A stretch of DNA of 64,000 bases from Callorhinchus milii (Eukaryota). Numbering within the stretch: the stretch's first letter is position 1; every line of letters begins with the position of its first letter. A program made the translations under genes and the position numbers. Below the pieces are notes generated by a model that was not told where the DNA came from, made no database searches, and saw only the letters and a list, made by a program, of their open reading frames with translations. Below, piece after piece: positions 13,499-26,659 of this stretch. The stretch covers positions 85,624,001 through 85,688,000 of the forward strand of contig NW_024704742.1 of NCBI RefSeq assembly GCF_018977255.1, given 5' to 3'.

Positions 13499-13707
13499 AA
13501 TAAAACTGGCCATTCTCTTTGTTTGTGGGATGTCACTGTGTACAACTTAGCTGCTGAGTTCACCTACAAAATACACAGTGACAACACTGCAGTAAAATCC
13601 CGTGAAGTGCTTTGAGTCATGAAACAAAAGTGACTGGATTTGCACTCAAATGCATGGATTATTATTGTTGTGATTATTACTGATGAAATCTGTTGTTGTT
13701 GTGCCAG

Positions 13708-14091
13708 GAGCTGGTGAGGCTTCTACACAAGGCGCTGGAGGCAGCCCAGCAGGAGAAGCGGGCGTGCAACTCCTTCCTGGCCAACGAGGCGGAAGCCATG
13801 CGGCTGGAGCTGCTGCGGCACAAGGTACGACAGATCGCAGAGCTCCAGGACCGTGAGGAGAGGCTGGAGAACGAGAAGCGGGAGCTGGAGCTGGAGCTGA
13901 AGCGAGAGGCTGGCCACGTGGAGGAGCTGAAGCAACACGTGCAGCTGCTGATGGAGAAGAACAATGCAAAGCAGGAGGTGGTCCTCAAGCTGTCCGCGAA
14001 GATGGCCCAGGAGAACGAGGAATCGCCCAGAACCCCCGACAGGGTCACTCAGGAGACCTTGAGGTTAAAGAAGGAAATTGCACATTTGAAG
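13708..14091 (+). CDS. TBC1D2: TBC1D2 coding exon (coiled coil)
   Basis: ccag|GAG acceptor and AAG|gtaatt donor. Translates ELVRLLHKALEAAQQEKRA...RLELLRHKVRQIAEL...EIAHLK (128 codons), strongly matching the TBC1D2 coiled coil. Confidence 0.96.
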
Positions 14092-14618
14092 GTAATTGAA
14101 GGATGATCAATTACCAATTATCATTTACCTTACTACGCTTTATAAGGCGCTATATCAAATTCAAGGTTTATTATTATTAAGGTCATGATGACGGGAAGGA
14201 AATTATTTCGAGGTAAGGAGCTGGAAATTATTCTGGCCCATGTGTTGCAGAGATTCAGTCTGGACTCATCAGATTCTAACTAAAATTAAAACTTAACAAT
14301 TAAAATTAATTCCAGGGACCTAGAATAAAGGTCTTGATCTTTGCTGGTTTAAAAAGAAGTCCAACCTATAGGATAAGTCCTATGGTGATCTTGTCCTCAC
14401 AGAACATGAACACTTTCACCAGGAGTGAATAATCACTCGCAGAAACATCATCTGATTTTCCTCTTCAAGCTCGGACATTGTAACTCACCCACATTCACCC
14501 TATGGTATTTCTGAAAAGGCTATTGTATGCAAAAACATTTAGTACATTACATAATGTATGCAAATCTACTGGTTAGTGAATTCAGGATTAGAATCAAGGA
14601 TTAGTTTTCAGCTCTTCC

Positions 14619-14991
14619 TAATATAATAATAATCCTTGCGTTTGATATAACGCATTATCACATCTACGAGACGTCTCAAAGCACTTCTTAGAATATACTG
14701 TAAAGTGAATTGACTGTGTATTTCGTGGGCGAAATACGGCAGCCAATTGCGCACGGTGGTGTCCCACAAACAGTCGTGGATTGAGTAACCAAATTATTAC
14801 TATTATTATGTTTTTGGAGGAATTATTACCTCCGATCCGCCAATCGACTAACAACCGGGTTCCTACTTACTGCTTGGTAAACAGAGGCATGTGGAGTAAG
14901 GAAACTTGCCCAATATTTCGCCCTGCCGGGAATCAAACCCAGATCTCTTGCTTGCGAGGCAAGTGCTCTAACCACTGAGCTGCAGGACTCC
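14619..14991 (-). mobile_element. tRNA-derived SINE, long variant
   Basis: Same family, with the extra internal block ctctgtttacc-agcagtaagtaggaacccggttgttagtcgattggcggatcg. Confidence 0.92.
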
Positions 14992-15126
14992 ATACAATTT
15001 ATAATTGCATAAAACTAATTCTTACAGCATCAAAGAGTCTCTCAAATATCTGACGGGGAACAATTATCCAGAAGATATTCCCAAATGTTTTATTGAGGAC
15101 GGCTTCTGCTCTGGTAAATTATATAC

Positions 15127-15300
15127 TGGTAGCACTCTCGACTCTGAGTGAGAAGGTTGTGGGTTTAAGCCCCACATCGGGACTTTGAGTTTGCAGTTTA
15201 GGCTGACACTCCAGTGCAGTACTGAGGGAAGCACTGTATTGTCAGAGGTGCCATCCTTCGGCAGAGTCCTTAAAATCGAGGTCCTGTCTACCTGTTCGTA
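15127..15300 (+). mobile_element. Older DeuSINE (SacSINE1-like) 5' fragment
   Basis: tggtagcactctcg-ctctgagt-agaaggttgtgggtt...ggctgacactccagtgcagtactgagggaa...gaggtgcc. Related fragments at ~230-560(-), 17160-17860(+), 30350-30600(-), 41725-42125(+), 46150-46480(-), 58640-59000(+) and 59045-59435(-). Confidence 0.8.
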
Positions 15301-15645
15301 TCCAATGGTTCCTGAAATGCTTGATCCATTCCATCGACCTGTCCCTGACGGCATAGCCCAAGCAAGCTACACTACATGTTTTATACAAAATAATATACTC
15401 TAGAGAGTGCCTGTGGGTAATAAGATATTAAATAAGGTGGCAGCTCGTTATTTGGATACCTGGTAGATAGACAGACAGCTTTGCAGGTTTTGATAGGAAA
15501 CTGAATGGGACTCAGGTGAATATACGACAGGCGACTTAGGCATTTATGTGAATTTTACTGTATTACAGTTATTTAGCTCTAGTTACTTACAGGTTACTTG
15601 TCTGGAGTTTGAAGTTGATGCTTTGTGCTGCTTTGTCTTGGACAG

Positions 15646-15756
15646 GATGACCAGGAAGCCTACAAAACGCAGAACAAGTTCCTGAACTCCGAGATCTATC
15701 ACATCACCAAGCTCTGGCAGAGCAACATCAAATGCATGGAAACATTGGCCTTGAAG
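15646..15756 (+). CDS. TBC1D2: TBC1D2 coding exon
   Basis: ggacag|GAT acceptor and AAG|gtaatc donor. Translates DDQEAYKTQNKFLNSEIYHITKLWQSNIKCMETLALK. Confidence 0.95.
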
Positions 15757-16382
15757 GTAATCTAGTGTGTGGCTGAAGCATGTCAGACCAGACAAGTCTC
15801 AGAGGAGGGCTGTGGTACCCATCACCTGATTAATAAACCCTGGCCAGAAAACCTTCCCTTCCACCTGTCCCCATTCTTATTATAACAATAATAACGTTAA
15901 TGGCATGATTCGAAAAGAGAGGTTGGAGGCCACCGATTATCACATAGTCTTTCCACCTCAACTCCAAACCGGCGTGGGGAAGGTATTGTTCTGGAATCAA
16001 ATCTCAGTCCTTTCGACAGAGGTTTAGAGCTGAGAGACTGGGAACGTTGATTGCTGAAATGTTCAGATATCAAAGGATCAGTGTGAAGGTCGATTTCTAT
16101 TGATGTCCTGTAAGTAGCCTGGCTGTCACCATGCTGGTGGGGCTGATGTCCAGGATTGGTCTCACATGGATCTGTCAGCTTTTCAAGTGTTAACAAAGAT
16201 AAATAGGAGGAGTGGAGAGTTGTGTGGATTACAAATACTGCCTCAGGTTGGGTCGAATGGCTTGTTTCTGTTTCCATACACCCTGACTGTCCAGTGCTGT
16301 GGGATGTCCCCCTGACATGAATGGTGTTATACAAATGTAAATTTGCTGTTGTATCACTCTATGTAAAAAAAACTAATATAGT

Positions 16383-17015
16383 CATAGAATCATAGAATCG
16401 TACAGCACAAAAAGAGGCCATTTGGCCATCGAGTCTGTGCCGGCTCTTTGAATAGAGCAATTAATGTCAATCCCACTCCCCAGCCCTTTCCCCATAACCC
16501 TGCAAACCCGTCCTCCTCAATACTGTTTTTAAAAGTAGTTATTGAATCGGCCTCGACCACCCTTTCAGGCAAAGCATTCCAGATTCGAAAAACTCGCTGC
16601 GTGAAAAAATTTCTTCTCACCTCCCCTCTGCTTCTTTTAGATACTATTTTGAATCTGTGACCTCGAGTCACCGATACACCCACCAGTGGAAACATTTTTT
16701 CCCTTTCTAACCTATCAAATCCCCTCATGATTTTGAAGACCTCTATTAGGTCTCCTTGTAACCTTCTCTGCTCCAATGAAAATAATCCCAGTTTCCTCAT
16801 AATCAAGGTTCCTCATTCCTGGTACCATCTTCGTAAATCTCCTTTGCACTCTTTCCAAAACCTTAACATCCTTCTATAATGTGGTGCCCAGAACTAGGCG
16901 CAGTATTCTAACTGAGGCCTAACCAGTGTTTTATGTAGGTTAATTATAACCTCCTGACTCTTGTACTCTATGCCCCTATTTATAAAGCCTAGTATCCCAT
17001 ATGCCCTTTTTACAG
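16383..17015 (-). mobile_element. CR1 LINE 3' fragment
   Basis: KLGLFSLEQRRLQGDLIEVFKIMRG...TRGHRFKI...RIWNALP; (catagaat)n tail. Confidence 0.92.
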
Positions 17016-18899
17016 CTAGTATGGAAGTGGTCCCATTTTATATTGGTGTAAAAATCCAACAAGTTGCAGAAAGGCAATGAGTTTCACACACAGTCCTCAA
17101 CATTCCAGCATGAGCATCTCTGGTATTTGACATCTGTGACACTCTTTCATCTCATAAGGTGTTAGCTTGGCTCAGTTGGTAGCACTCTCATCTATGGATC
17201 AAATTTTCTGGTTTCAAGCCCCACGTTGGAGTCTGAATTTGTAGTCCAGGTTAGTCAGTGGTGGTATTCTTTGAATGAGACTAAACCGAAACCTTAGCCA
17301 AGTTTCTTTACTCCACACGCCTCTGTTTACCTAGCAGTAAGTGGGAACCCGGCTGTTAGTCGATTGACGGATCACTTTCCGGGAATAGCAATCCCTTCAA
17401 AATAAATAAATATTTTGGTCACTCAATCCATCACGGTTTGTGGGACACTGCTGTGAGTAATTGGCTGCTGGCGTTTCGCCACAAAATATACAGTCAATTC
17501 ACTTTACAGTATATCCTGTGAAGCGCATTAAGATGTCACAATGACGTGATAAGGTGCTATATCAAAGGCAAGGATTGATATTATTAAACCAAGGTCCCAT
17601 CTGCTAGATCAGGTGTTGTTAAAGATCCCATGGCACTATTCTTAAAGGGAAGGGAGATACTCCTGGCATCCTGTCCAACAATCCCCTGGACAAATTAGCC
17701 ATTCATTTGATGGTTGTTTGTTGGATCTTGCTCTGTGCAACTTGACTGCTGTGGTCACCTACCAATTAACAGTTTTTACTCTCATCAGCAATTTCCTGTG
17801 AAGCGCTGGGTAGCGTTTTGAGGTTATAGACACTATATCTAATGGAAGAATTATTAGTTTGACCCTGTGAATATATCCAAAGATTTAACCTTCAGACTTC
17901 CTCAGCTCAAGGTTACCTTTCACGACTCACTGCTTCCTGAATCAGCTGCCCTTTCATCCCGCCACTGCTCCACTCAACTGGAAATTCTCTTGAATCCACG
18001 AAACAGCAAATGTAACCTTGAATCCATAGAAGAATAGAAATTTACAGCACAGATGAAAGACATTCTGCCCATCGTACCTGTGATGGCTCTCTGAAAAGTA
18101 TCTATTTAGTCCTATTTTCCCCCACACTCTTTTATATTTCTCCTTTTCAGATATTTATGTAATTCCCTCTGAAATATGGATTTTGCTTCAACCACCGTTC
18201 CACATCCTAAAAAGTAACAGTCCTTGCATTTTATGATCCTTGTTGGGAGGACGTCTCAAAGCATTTCACCTGATTCACTCTAAAGTGTACTGTGTTTTGT
18301 AAGTGAAAAACCGTATGTGTAAAGATAAATTTGCCCGATCTCTCCCTTTGCTCTTCTGGTCTGGCGAGCCGGAATATCCAGCTAAGTGTAATTACACTGT
18401 AATTGTTTGAATCCCACAAGTAGAAGATAGCAAATAAGATATCGTCTGCTTGCTGGATTCAAACTGAGCTGAAGTCGATATCCCTGGCCACTAAAGGCCA
18501 GAGAGGTTGGCAAGGTGGGGACGCCTGGCTGGAGAGTCCCTGGTGTGAGTCCACATGTGGACCAGTAGAATATGTTTTTCAATTTTCCGTTTTGGGTGGA
18601 TACGAGGAGTCCGGTAAATGTGGAGTTTACTATAATTTGTATGCCATTTAGTTACTGACATCGTGGAATCCAAATTCCTTCTAGAAATTTCTTATCCACC
18701 TCCTGGAGTCAATATTTCAAGAGTTATCAGCCCATGAAAGCAGCTGCTTATTAAGGTCGATCTATTCCCACCTAATGATGCTGCTTTGTTTCAAAGCCTG
18801 AGTGAAGGCTGATTATAATGCCAGTGATTAGCTCGGTGACTGAGAATTAGTATTGCAATTCTCCATCTTATTAGTCAGAAAGACATTAGGAGCTCTTTA

Positions 18900-19216
18900 T
18901 AATAATAATAATCCTTGCATTTGATATAGCGCTTTTCACGTCGGGAGGATGTCCCAAAGCACTTCACAGAACACACTGTAAAGTGAATTGACTGTATATT
19001 TGTGGGCGAACGCAGCAGCCAATTGGGCACAGCAATGTCCCACAAACAGTCGTAGATTGAAAATGACCAATTTATTATTGTTTTTGGTTTTTGGAGGGAT
19101 TATTATTAGGCGTGTGGAGTAAGGAAACTTGCCCAAGGTTTCGCCCTCTGCCTGGAATTGAACTCAGGTCTCTCACTTGCAAAGCGTGTGCTCTAACCAC
19201 TGAGCTACAGGACTCC
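18900..19216 (-). mobile_element. tRNA-derived SINE, short variant
   Basis: Near-identical to 2321-2637. Confidence 0.93.
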
Positions 19217-20703
19217 CATTACCTCAGGACATTTGGCAATGTAATAAACAGCTTTGTGACCGACCCCCTTCCTCATGGCTAGTACAAGTGTAAGTCAATA
19301 AATCAGAGCTTGACGCACACATAGCCATAGCCTGTAAGACGTTTTCTCTTGAATTTTAAGAACGAGCAAAATTGTGGAAAATCCTTCAATTCAGTCTCGA
19401 TTTGGAAACTGGTTTCTTTTCAAATCAAGAACAATTTGAAGAATTCTCCAGATGGTTAACTTTGAGGAGAAAATGACCAGGTTTAACAGCCTTATCTTGT
19501 TTAAAATAGATCTTAAGGCCAATATTTCTCCTGGTCTTAGCAATAAGAACTGTAGGCAACCACCATTCAAAGTTAGAACTGACTTCAGCAATTTTAAAAA
19601 ATTCTGCATAATCTTAAAAATGTTAAGCCTAAAACGAGGAGAAATTTCAGACCATGGATTCTGGGGAGCTCAACAACTACATCTGGGTCTCACTACATAT
19701 GTGGCACTTGCTTGGAGCTTAACTTTCCTACATGTCACCTTCAACGCAATGCCCATCTTGTAGTTGAGTGATATATATTTGATAGAGCCGTTTGACCAGA
19801 TCTGTTTCCAGAAGAGAAAGTTGCTCATATTCATCCAACTTGTCTGCTTGAAATCTCAGGATTTATAAGTTGAGAAGCCTGGTATAAAGCCTAGGGATTG
19901 TAGTGGGAGGAATAGAGAGAAGATGTGATCACACGGAAAATGTAGAAACAGCACCAGAAAGTTTGAAAACGCATGTTTGATGTTTTACGAGCCACAGAGA
20001 ATGAGGAATGAGGAACTCACATGCCAGACACTGTGGTTGAAGCTGAAAAATCTCAATGCATTTAAGAGGAAACTCAATGCATATATGAGGGAAAGTATAG
20101 TACAATACAAATTTACATTTATGTAGCAGCTTTAATGTCAAGAGCACGTTCTAAAGTGCTTGACAGTCCAGGGTTTGCATCTGGTGTACGGGGTGAAGGG
20201 GGAAAGATGGCCGAAAGTGCGGTCAAAGCGGAAGGTCATGAGGTGGACCTTGAGGGAGGTGAAGAAAGGAGTGAGTCATCAGGACTCCGGGATGGAGTTC
20301 CAGAAAGTGGGAGCAGACTCTGAAATCCCAAGGTGGGATGGGGGACGTGAAGCAGGCTGCTGCTCACTGAGCAAAACAACATGTGAAGGGATTAGAGCAG
20401 TATATGGTGAGGCTATGCGAGGGAGGATTGGGATAGGGGAGGTGAAGTATAAACACTTGGTACAAACTACCTGGGATGAATGGCCTGCTTTGATGTTATA
20501 GGTCTATTCATTCTGGATATCATTCTCCAGAGCCTCAAACTCACAAACCAGAATAGCGAACATCAGTGTTTTAGTACAAATGAAAATACACCAGTGCCGC
20601 CCAGACCCCTTTACAGCTCCCATGTTGATGGAAGAGCATTCCGAGCCCCCTCCCCTCACCGGTCAGTGATGACAGGCAGTGAGGGACCAGAACCCGTTTG
20701 TAA

Positions 20704-20734
20704 TGCCCCCTAGTGGCCAGGATGGACATTGCAG
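20704..20734 (-). promoter_or_regulatory. CTCF binding site with core and upstream module
   Basis: Minus strand reads CTGCAATGTCC-atcct-GGCCACTAGGGGGCA: a near-consensus CTCF core plus the upstream TGCA module at a typical spacing. Confidence 0.7.
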
Positions 20735-20841
20735 TACCTCCATCACTCACAGTATTGAGAGCTCCAGAAGGATTGACGTGAAGTCAGTTGCACATTGCAC
20801 TCTGTTCGTAAAGAGAAGGGAGTTTCCCCTGGTTCCTGGCC

Positions 20842-21410
20842 AACAATAACAACAACGAATTACATTTGTATAGTGCTTTTTATGTCGGGAGGAGGTCCCA
20901 AGGCACTGGACAGTTGTTGATTTGGATCCGAGCAGGATCTTGATATCAGGAGGGGTGGAGGGCAGGGAGGGTAGGAGTGTGGCCAAAGGCGGTCGAAGAG
21001 GAGGGTTGTGAGATGTGCCTTGAAAGAGGAAAGGGAGGGAGCGAGGCGAAGAGATTGTGGGATAGAGTTCCAAAGGGTGGGGGCAGAAAGGCTGAAGGCC
21101 CGACTGCCCGTGGTGGGCGGGCTGGGTGGGGGACATGGAGCATGCTGGAGCTTGCTGAGTGGAAGGAGTGGGACAGGTTGCTAAGTGGTCAGCAGGTCAC
21201 AGAGGTAGGAGGGGTCAAGGCTGTGGAGGACTTTGAAGGTGAGGACGAGGATTTTGAACTCTATTCTCTGGGGGTGGGGAGTCAGTGGAGCCGGGCAAGG
21301 ATGGGAATGATACGGTCACGGAGCCTGGTGTGGTAGAGGACATGAGCTGCAAAGTTCTGGATGGTTCTGCAGCTTGCGGAGGGAAGAGTTGGGAAGGCCA
21401 ACAAACAGAT
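20842..21410 (-). mobile_element. L2 3' fragment
   Basis: (aac)n tail followed by sequence colinear with the other L2 3' ends. Confidence 0.85.
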
Positions 21411-21945
21411 TGGCCAACAATCAATCCTTCAAATAAAATTGGATACGTGGCTGGTTGTGGAACATTGCTGTGCGCAAATTGGTTGACACTTTGAAATAAC
21501 AGTCACTGCACTTTGCAATATATCCTGTGAAGCACTTTGTGACATCCTCCCAATGTGAAAGGCATTGTATCAAATGTAAGGATTATTTTTGTTTTTTTAT
21601 GCTTTGTTCAGTATCAAGTGCAACAGATCAACTTACTTAATTGATCTGAAGACGGTAGGTCTGATAATATTGATGAAGAATATTTTGAGGCTCCTGGTTA
21701 AATTTGGATTATTTTTTATTTTCCTTCTCCCCTCACCCCCACCATTCATCCACAAAACACACATTGACTCATCTTTACAGTAAATCCTGTGAAGCGCTTT
21801 GAAATGTCCTCCTGATGTGAAAGGTGCCATACCAAATGTAAGGATTATTTTTATTTAATGCTGCCATCTGCGGAACCGGGCAGGCATTTGGCAGCCCTGT
21901 ACCTCAGCCGATGTCACACTGCCCCCAGGAAGATGGCACTGTGAA

Positions 21946-22224
21946 GCCTGGGAATTAAGTAAGCGGGGTTTGTCGCTCCAGGGAGAGAGTGCACATTCCA
22001 TCCCAGGCACAGGAAAATTTCCATTTGGGAGGTGACATACCCACATGGAGTTCTGTCTGGTTTGGGTAATTCTTAAGCATGGTATTGGGTTATCCAAGTA
22101 GTATCCAAAGCAGACTGAGAGTTCCAGATATGTTTACCACCACATGTAGAAATTTCCCTGTGTCTGGAATGGAATGCGCATTCTCTCCCTGGAGCGACAC
22201 ACCCCGCTTTCCTAATTCCCAGGC
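21946..22224. repeat. Imperfect palindrome made of two head-to-head copies of an unclassified repeat
   Basis: gcctgggaatta...aagcggggtttgtcgctccagggagaga pairs with tctctccctggagcgacacaccccgctt...taattcccaggc. Confidence 0.88.
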
Positions 22225-22352
22225 ATGGTGATAAGTTTCCACTGGATGACCAAGAAACTATCCCTGGGCCACTATACCCAGACCTTTTTCCTGCGGGGTA
22301 AGGCGTGTTAGATATTCTGAGTGAATGCTGATTTGAAGAGTTTCTCCCACAG

Positions 22353-22537
22353 TGTGCGTACTTAGAGGCCAAGTACTGTCAGATTGAGAGCAAGTACCTG
22401 GTGGTGCTGCATAAACTACAGGACAGTCTGACGGAACAGGATGTCGACCACCACGAGATGTTGAAGCAGCTGATTGAGGATGCGCTGCACTGGGAGAGCA
22501 AAGAGGAATCAGGCCTGGAGTTCAGCAGCCCATTCAG
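22353..22537 (+). CDS. TBC1D2: TBC1D2 coding exon
   Basis: tttctcccacag| acceptor and AG|gtaggg donor. Translates CAYLEAKYCQIESKYLVVLHKLQDSLTEQDVDHHEMLKQLIEDALHWESKEESGLEFSSPF. Phase 0 to 2. Confidence 0.95.
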
Positions 22538-22659
22538 GTAGGGAGACATGAACCTCTTAAACAACAACAAACACGCCAACTTGCATTTATATGGCATCCT
22601 TCACTCAGGATAGAACCTTGGAGTGCTCTGCAAAGACAATGTCAGGCACCAATTGGACT

Positions 22660-23068
22660 CTATCCTGTGGTAGTACCAGTACCATAGCATAGTAATCTCT
22701 CAAGCGAGAGGACCTAGGTTTGATTCCTGGGCAGGAGAGGGCGAAAACTTTGGTAACTTTCCTTACTCCACACACCTCTGTTTACCTAGCAGTAAGTAGG
22801 AACCCGGTTGTTAGTCGATTGGCAGATCGGTTTCCAGTGGTAATAATCCTTTCAAAAAATAGATAAATAGATGAATAAATTGGTCACTCAATAAATTGGT
22901 CACTCAATCCATGACTTTTCGTGGGACACTGCTGTGCGCAACTGGCTGCCGCATTTCGCACACAAAATACAGTCAATTCACTTTACAATATATTCTGTGA
23001 AGCGCTTTGAGATGACTCAACCACTTGGTAAGGCACTATGTCAAATGCAAAGATTATTATTACTATTT
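22660..23068 (+). mobile_element. tRNA-derived SINE, long variant (diverged head)
   Basis: Long internal block, Deu-like block and (ATT)n tail; contains a 16-bp tandem duplication near 22875-22906. Confidence 0.87.
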
Positions 23069-23733
23069 ATTTGGAGGAGGGGCAAAGAAAGGTTAATAAA
23101 CCATTGGGGAAAACTTTTTTGTAACTGTAGTGTCCTGGAAAATCACCTGTGGGTGTAAATCACCTGGGACGTCACATTGACCCACCTGCAGTTATCTCTA
23201 AGATCAGATCTGGTTGGAGCTGGGTGCTCAGTTGCCATGAATCTCACTTTCTTTCTTCTCCCCCACCCACCCCACCCATATTCTGATGACACTGCTGTTG
23301 GCTGGGGGGTTCGGGCGTGAAGAATGACTACGTAGGTGAGGTGCTGGAGAGGGACAGGAGACACCCATTGGGATAGTCGGAGGTTGGTCTTGAAAAGCTT
23401 GTGAGCCACCTCAGGCTCATTCCTGCTCCTCAGAATGGGTCTTTTCTTGCTCAGCAAGCGTCAGTCCTGTGGGAACTTAATAATAATGCTTGCATTTCAT
23501 ATAACACCTTTTATGTTGTGAGGACGTTTCAAACCACTTTACAGGATTCACTAAAAAATTGAGTGTAATCTAATAGAATGGCAGAACAGGCTGGAACGGC
23601 TGAATGGCCTACTCCTGTTCCTATGCAGGCAAACACAGTGCTGCCTACTATCAAGTATTTGGAGCTGCACACACACTTACCATTGAGCAGTAATAGTAGC
23701 AGTAAGTAAGCTCTGTTCATGCTTCTTTTCTAG

Positions 23734-24231
23734 AGAATATGATGAATATGGCTTCAAGGTGAGGCCTGATGCTGGGAAGAGGCTCACGACCAGAATCCGT
23801 ACACTGGAATTGAAATCCAACAACCTGATCAGTGGCCAGGACGGGCCAGAGAAAGCCAACCGAGCCAAATGGGACAACCTCATCGCTGGCCGTAGTGGCG
23901 CGGAGCTGATCGCTTCCCCCGAGCTGAAGAACCTGATCCGAAACGGTGTTCCCAAGGAGCGCCGGCGGCAAGTCTGGAAGTGGTGTGTGAGGAGGCGGGT
24001 CTGGCACATCCAGGAGAGGTATGGACCCAACCGCTACAAAGAGCTGTTGAAGCTGTGCCAGGTCAAACACCACCCGGCCTCCAAGCAGATCGAACTGGAC
24101 CTGCTGCGCACACTGACCAACAATAAGCACTTCACCTCCCTCAGCTCCGAGATGGTCCTCAAACTGCGCCGTGTCCTACTGGCCTATTCCTGGCAGAACC
24201 CAGACATCGGATACTGCCAAGGCCTCAACAG
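23734..24231 (+). CDS. TBC1D2: TBC1D2 coding exon: start of TBC Rab-GAP domain with both catalytic fingers
   Basis: ttcttttctag| acceptor and AG|gtactt donor. Translates EYDEYGFK...ELKNLIRNGVPKERRRQVWKWCV...QIELDLLRTL...YSWQNPDIGYCQGLN, containing the IxxDxxR Arg finger and YxQ Gln finger. 498 nt, phase 2 to 2. Confidence 0.97.
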
Positions 24232-24589
24232 GTACTTTGTTTATAACCGCCCTTCCCTTTTCAATAAGGCCAGTGGACAGAGATTTTTTTGTCAGCCTGG
24301 TGTCTGCCACATAGGGAAACCCATCACCACACTTAATAGTATCCAAAGCAGACTGAGAGTTCCACACATGTTTGCCACCTACGTGCGGAAATTTCCCTCT
24401 GTCTGGAATGCAGTGTGCACTCTCTCCTTAGAGGGGTGCACCCTGCTTTGCCCAGATTCTGGAGAGTACAGGTAAATTGCCATGTGTAGCTCACTTACAT
24501 ATGTGGAGCTCTCAGCTCAGTTCAGATACACGTAAGCGTGGTGATGCATTAGACACCCAGCTAGCCAAAAGAAATTTGATTCCAGTGAG

Positions 24590-25180
24590 CGCCACTTGAC
24601 GAGAGCATGATAGGGCTGATAATTATTGAATGAAATTTAATATTGATTTGAAACTAATGCCAGGTACTATATATAGGATCCAAGAATAGAAATACATGTT
24701 CTCTATGAATAGGATAGAACTTGCCAAGGGGAAGCTGAAAAAGATCTGGGACTGTTAGGAGAGCAACGAGATTGATCCCCAGGGTTAGAGGAATGAGCAA
24801 CAACTAAACAAGCTAAGGCTCTTCAGTGTTGAGAGAAGATGACTCAAGGCAGATCTTATAGAGGTGGGTAACATTTTAAATGGGATTGAAAAATAAACCT
24901 AGTTCAATACTTTAGGATGCATCAAGGCAGTAGAACAAGTGGACATAGGTTTAGAGTTGCAAAGGACAATTTCAGGACAAACACCAGGAAGTTTTTTCTT
25001 TATTCAGAGAGTAATCAACAACTAGAACAAGTTGTCAAGAAGCGTGGTAGAGACCAGACCCTGAATTAATTTAAAAAGTAGCTTAATACTGTGATGGGGA
25101 GTCGGTAGGGTGGACGTTCTGGAGCGATGAAATCGGATAGGCTGAAGGGTTTTCTTCATCCAGATCTATCTTGTACTCTT
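24590..25180 (+). mobile_element. Old CR1 fragment
   Basis: Degenerate LFSVERR.LKADLIEV...TSGHRFR-like sequence. Confidence 0.75.
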
Positions 25181-26659
25181 GTGAAGAGTACTGCCACCCT
25201 GTGGTTATGGCAAGGTATGGCGTGTCAACCAGTGTAGCAAATCTAAATGCAATCAGTGGGGACAAATTTTATTGTGGGAATGGCAATTGGGAACACAGAA
25301 TTGTACACGACTAGCCAGACAGCTGGAGTTTGGTCCATCTGCAAATCCCATTGTCTGAAATATTCACGTCTTCCAGACACTTTGAGACGTCTAGAAGACG
25401 TGAAAAGCGCTATATCAAATGCAAGGATTATTATTATTATATTATTAATCGCTATTTCCCACACATCTCGATCCCCACTGGCACAATTTGCCATAATTCC
25501 TCTTCAGTGCTGAGGTGAGTCTCAGCTGCTTCCCTTTTGTTTTGCTGGGGCTTCTTTAGCCAGTGGGATTCTCGTGAGATGCTGATTATTGGGATTGGTC
25601 ATGTATGGGGCAGTGGGGGAGAGGGACGCACATCTCCCCATTTGTTACCTCCATTGATACAAAATTCTGATCATTTGCAAAGGTAAGCAAGAAGGAGGTG
25701 ACTACAGTGAGGACATTAGTTCAGGCTCAAGTCCAGCTCACTGCGGTACCTCTTGTGGTCAAATAGTCCTACAAGATTCCAACAAGAGCAAATTATTATT
25801 TGCTCTACAATGGTAGCTTGGTGTTTGGCCCCTGACCGGTGCCTGTTCTGAAATTGTCCTTTGCAACTTGTTTTGCTCTCTTGGTGCGTCTGAAATTTAT
25901 TATCGTTCTAGGTTTACTTTTGCAATTACAATTAAACATATTATACATCTCTGAGATGTCTCCTTCCAAGACTGAAGAGCCCCAACTTGTCTAAACATTG
26001 TTCATAGCTCATTCCAACACTGGGATCATCCTTGTTAATAGCTTTTCTGCACTGCTCCAGTGCCTAGGCAGCTCCCTAGTGTTATAGTGAACCGAACTGT
26101 ATGCAGCACTCCAGGTGCGTTCTTGCTCCGAGCACTCTACAGACTGAGTATGATGTCTTGGGATCTGAACTCAACTAATTTGACAATGTAGCCCAGCATT
26201 CTGTTTGTATGTGCTGCCTCACTCTGCTTGATGCCAACTGCAAGGCGATGCTGGATTTCCTCGAATCCAGAGTTGAGGGGATCCTCTCAGCTGCCTCTGT
26301 CCTTCTGTCTACTACCCCCTCACCATCTCCTTCTCTCACCCCAGCCGCTACCCATCCCTCCCTCCACACCTTTGAACTGTCTCCCACTCCTCTCTAACCA
26401 ACACGATAACCCGCATGAAATTGACCACATGCTCCCTCAACCCCAACCCTACTTTCTCCTTACCTCCCAGCTCCACCTCCTTGCCCTTCTTCTCACAGAC
26501 ATCATAAAATTCTCCCTGTCCATTGGTATCATTCCCAGCCCTTTAAAAACGTCCGTCATCATTCCTATCCTTAAAAACCCCTCTCTGGATCCTGGACCCA
26601 CTCTCAAACTAACGCCCCATCTCCAACCTCCCTTTCCTCTCCAAGGTCCTGGAATGAGT

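Noticed and set aside
24232..24475. ORF 23759..24475 extending past the TBC exon
   Set aside because: Homology ends at the AG|gtactt donor (24231); the extension is intron and repeat sequence.
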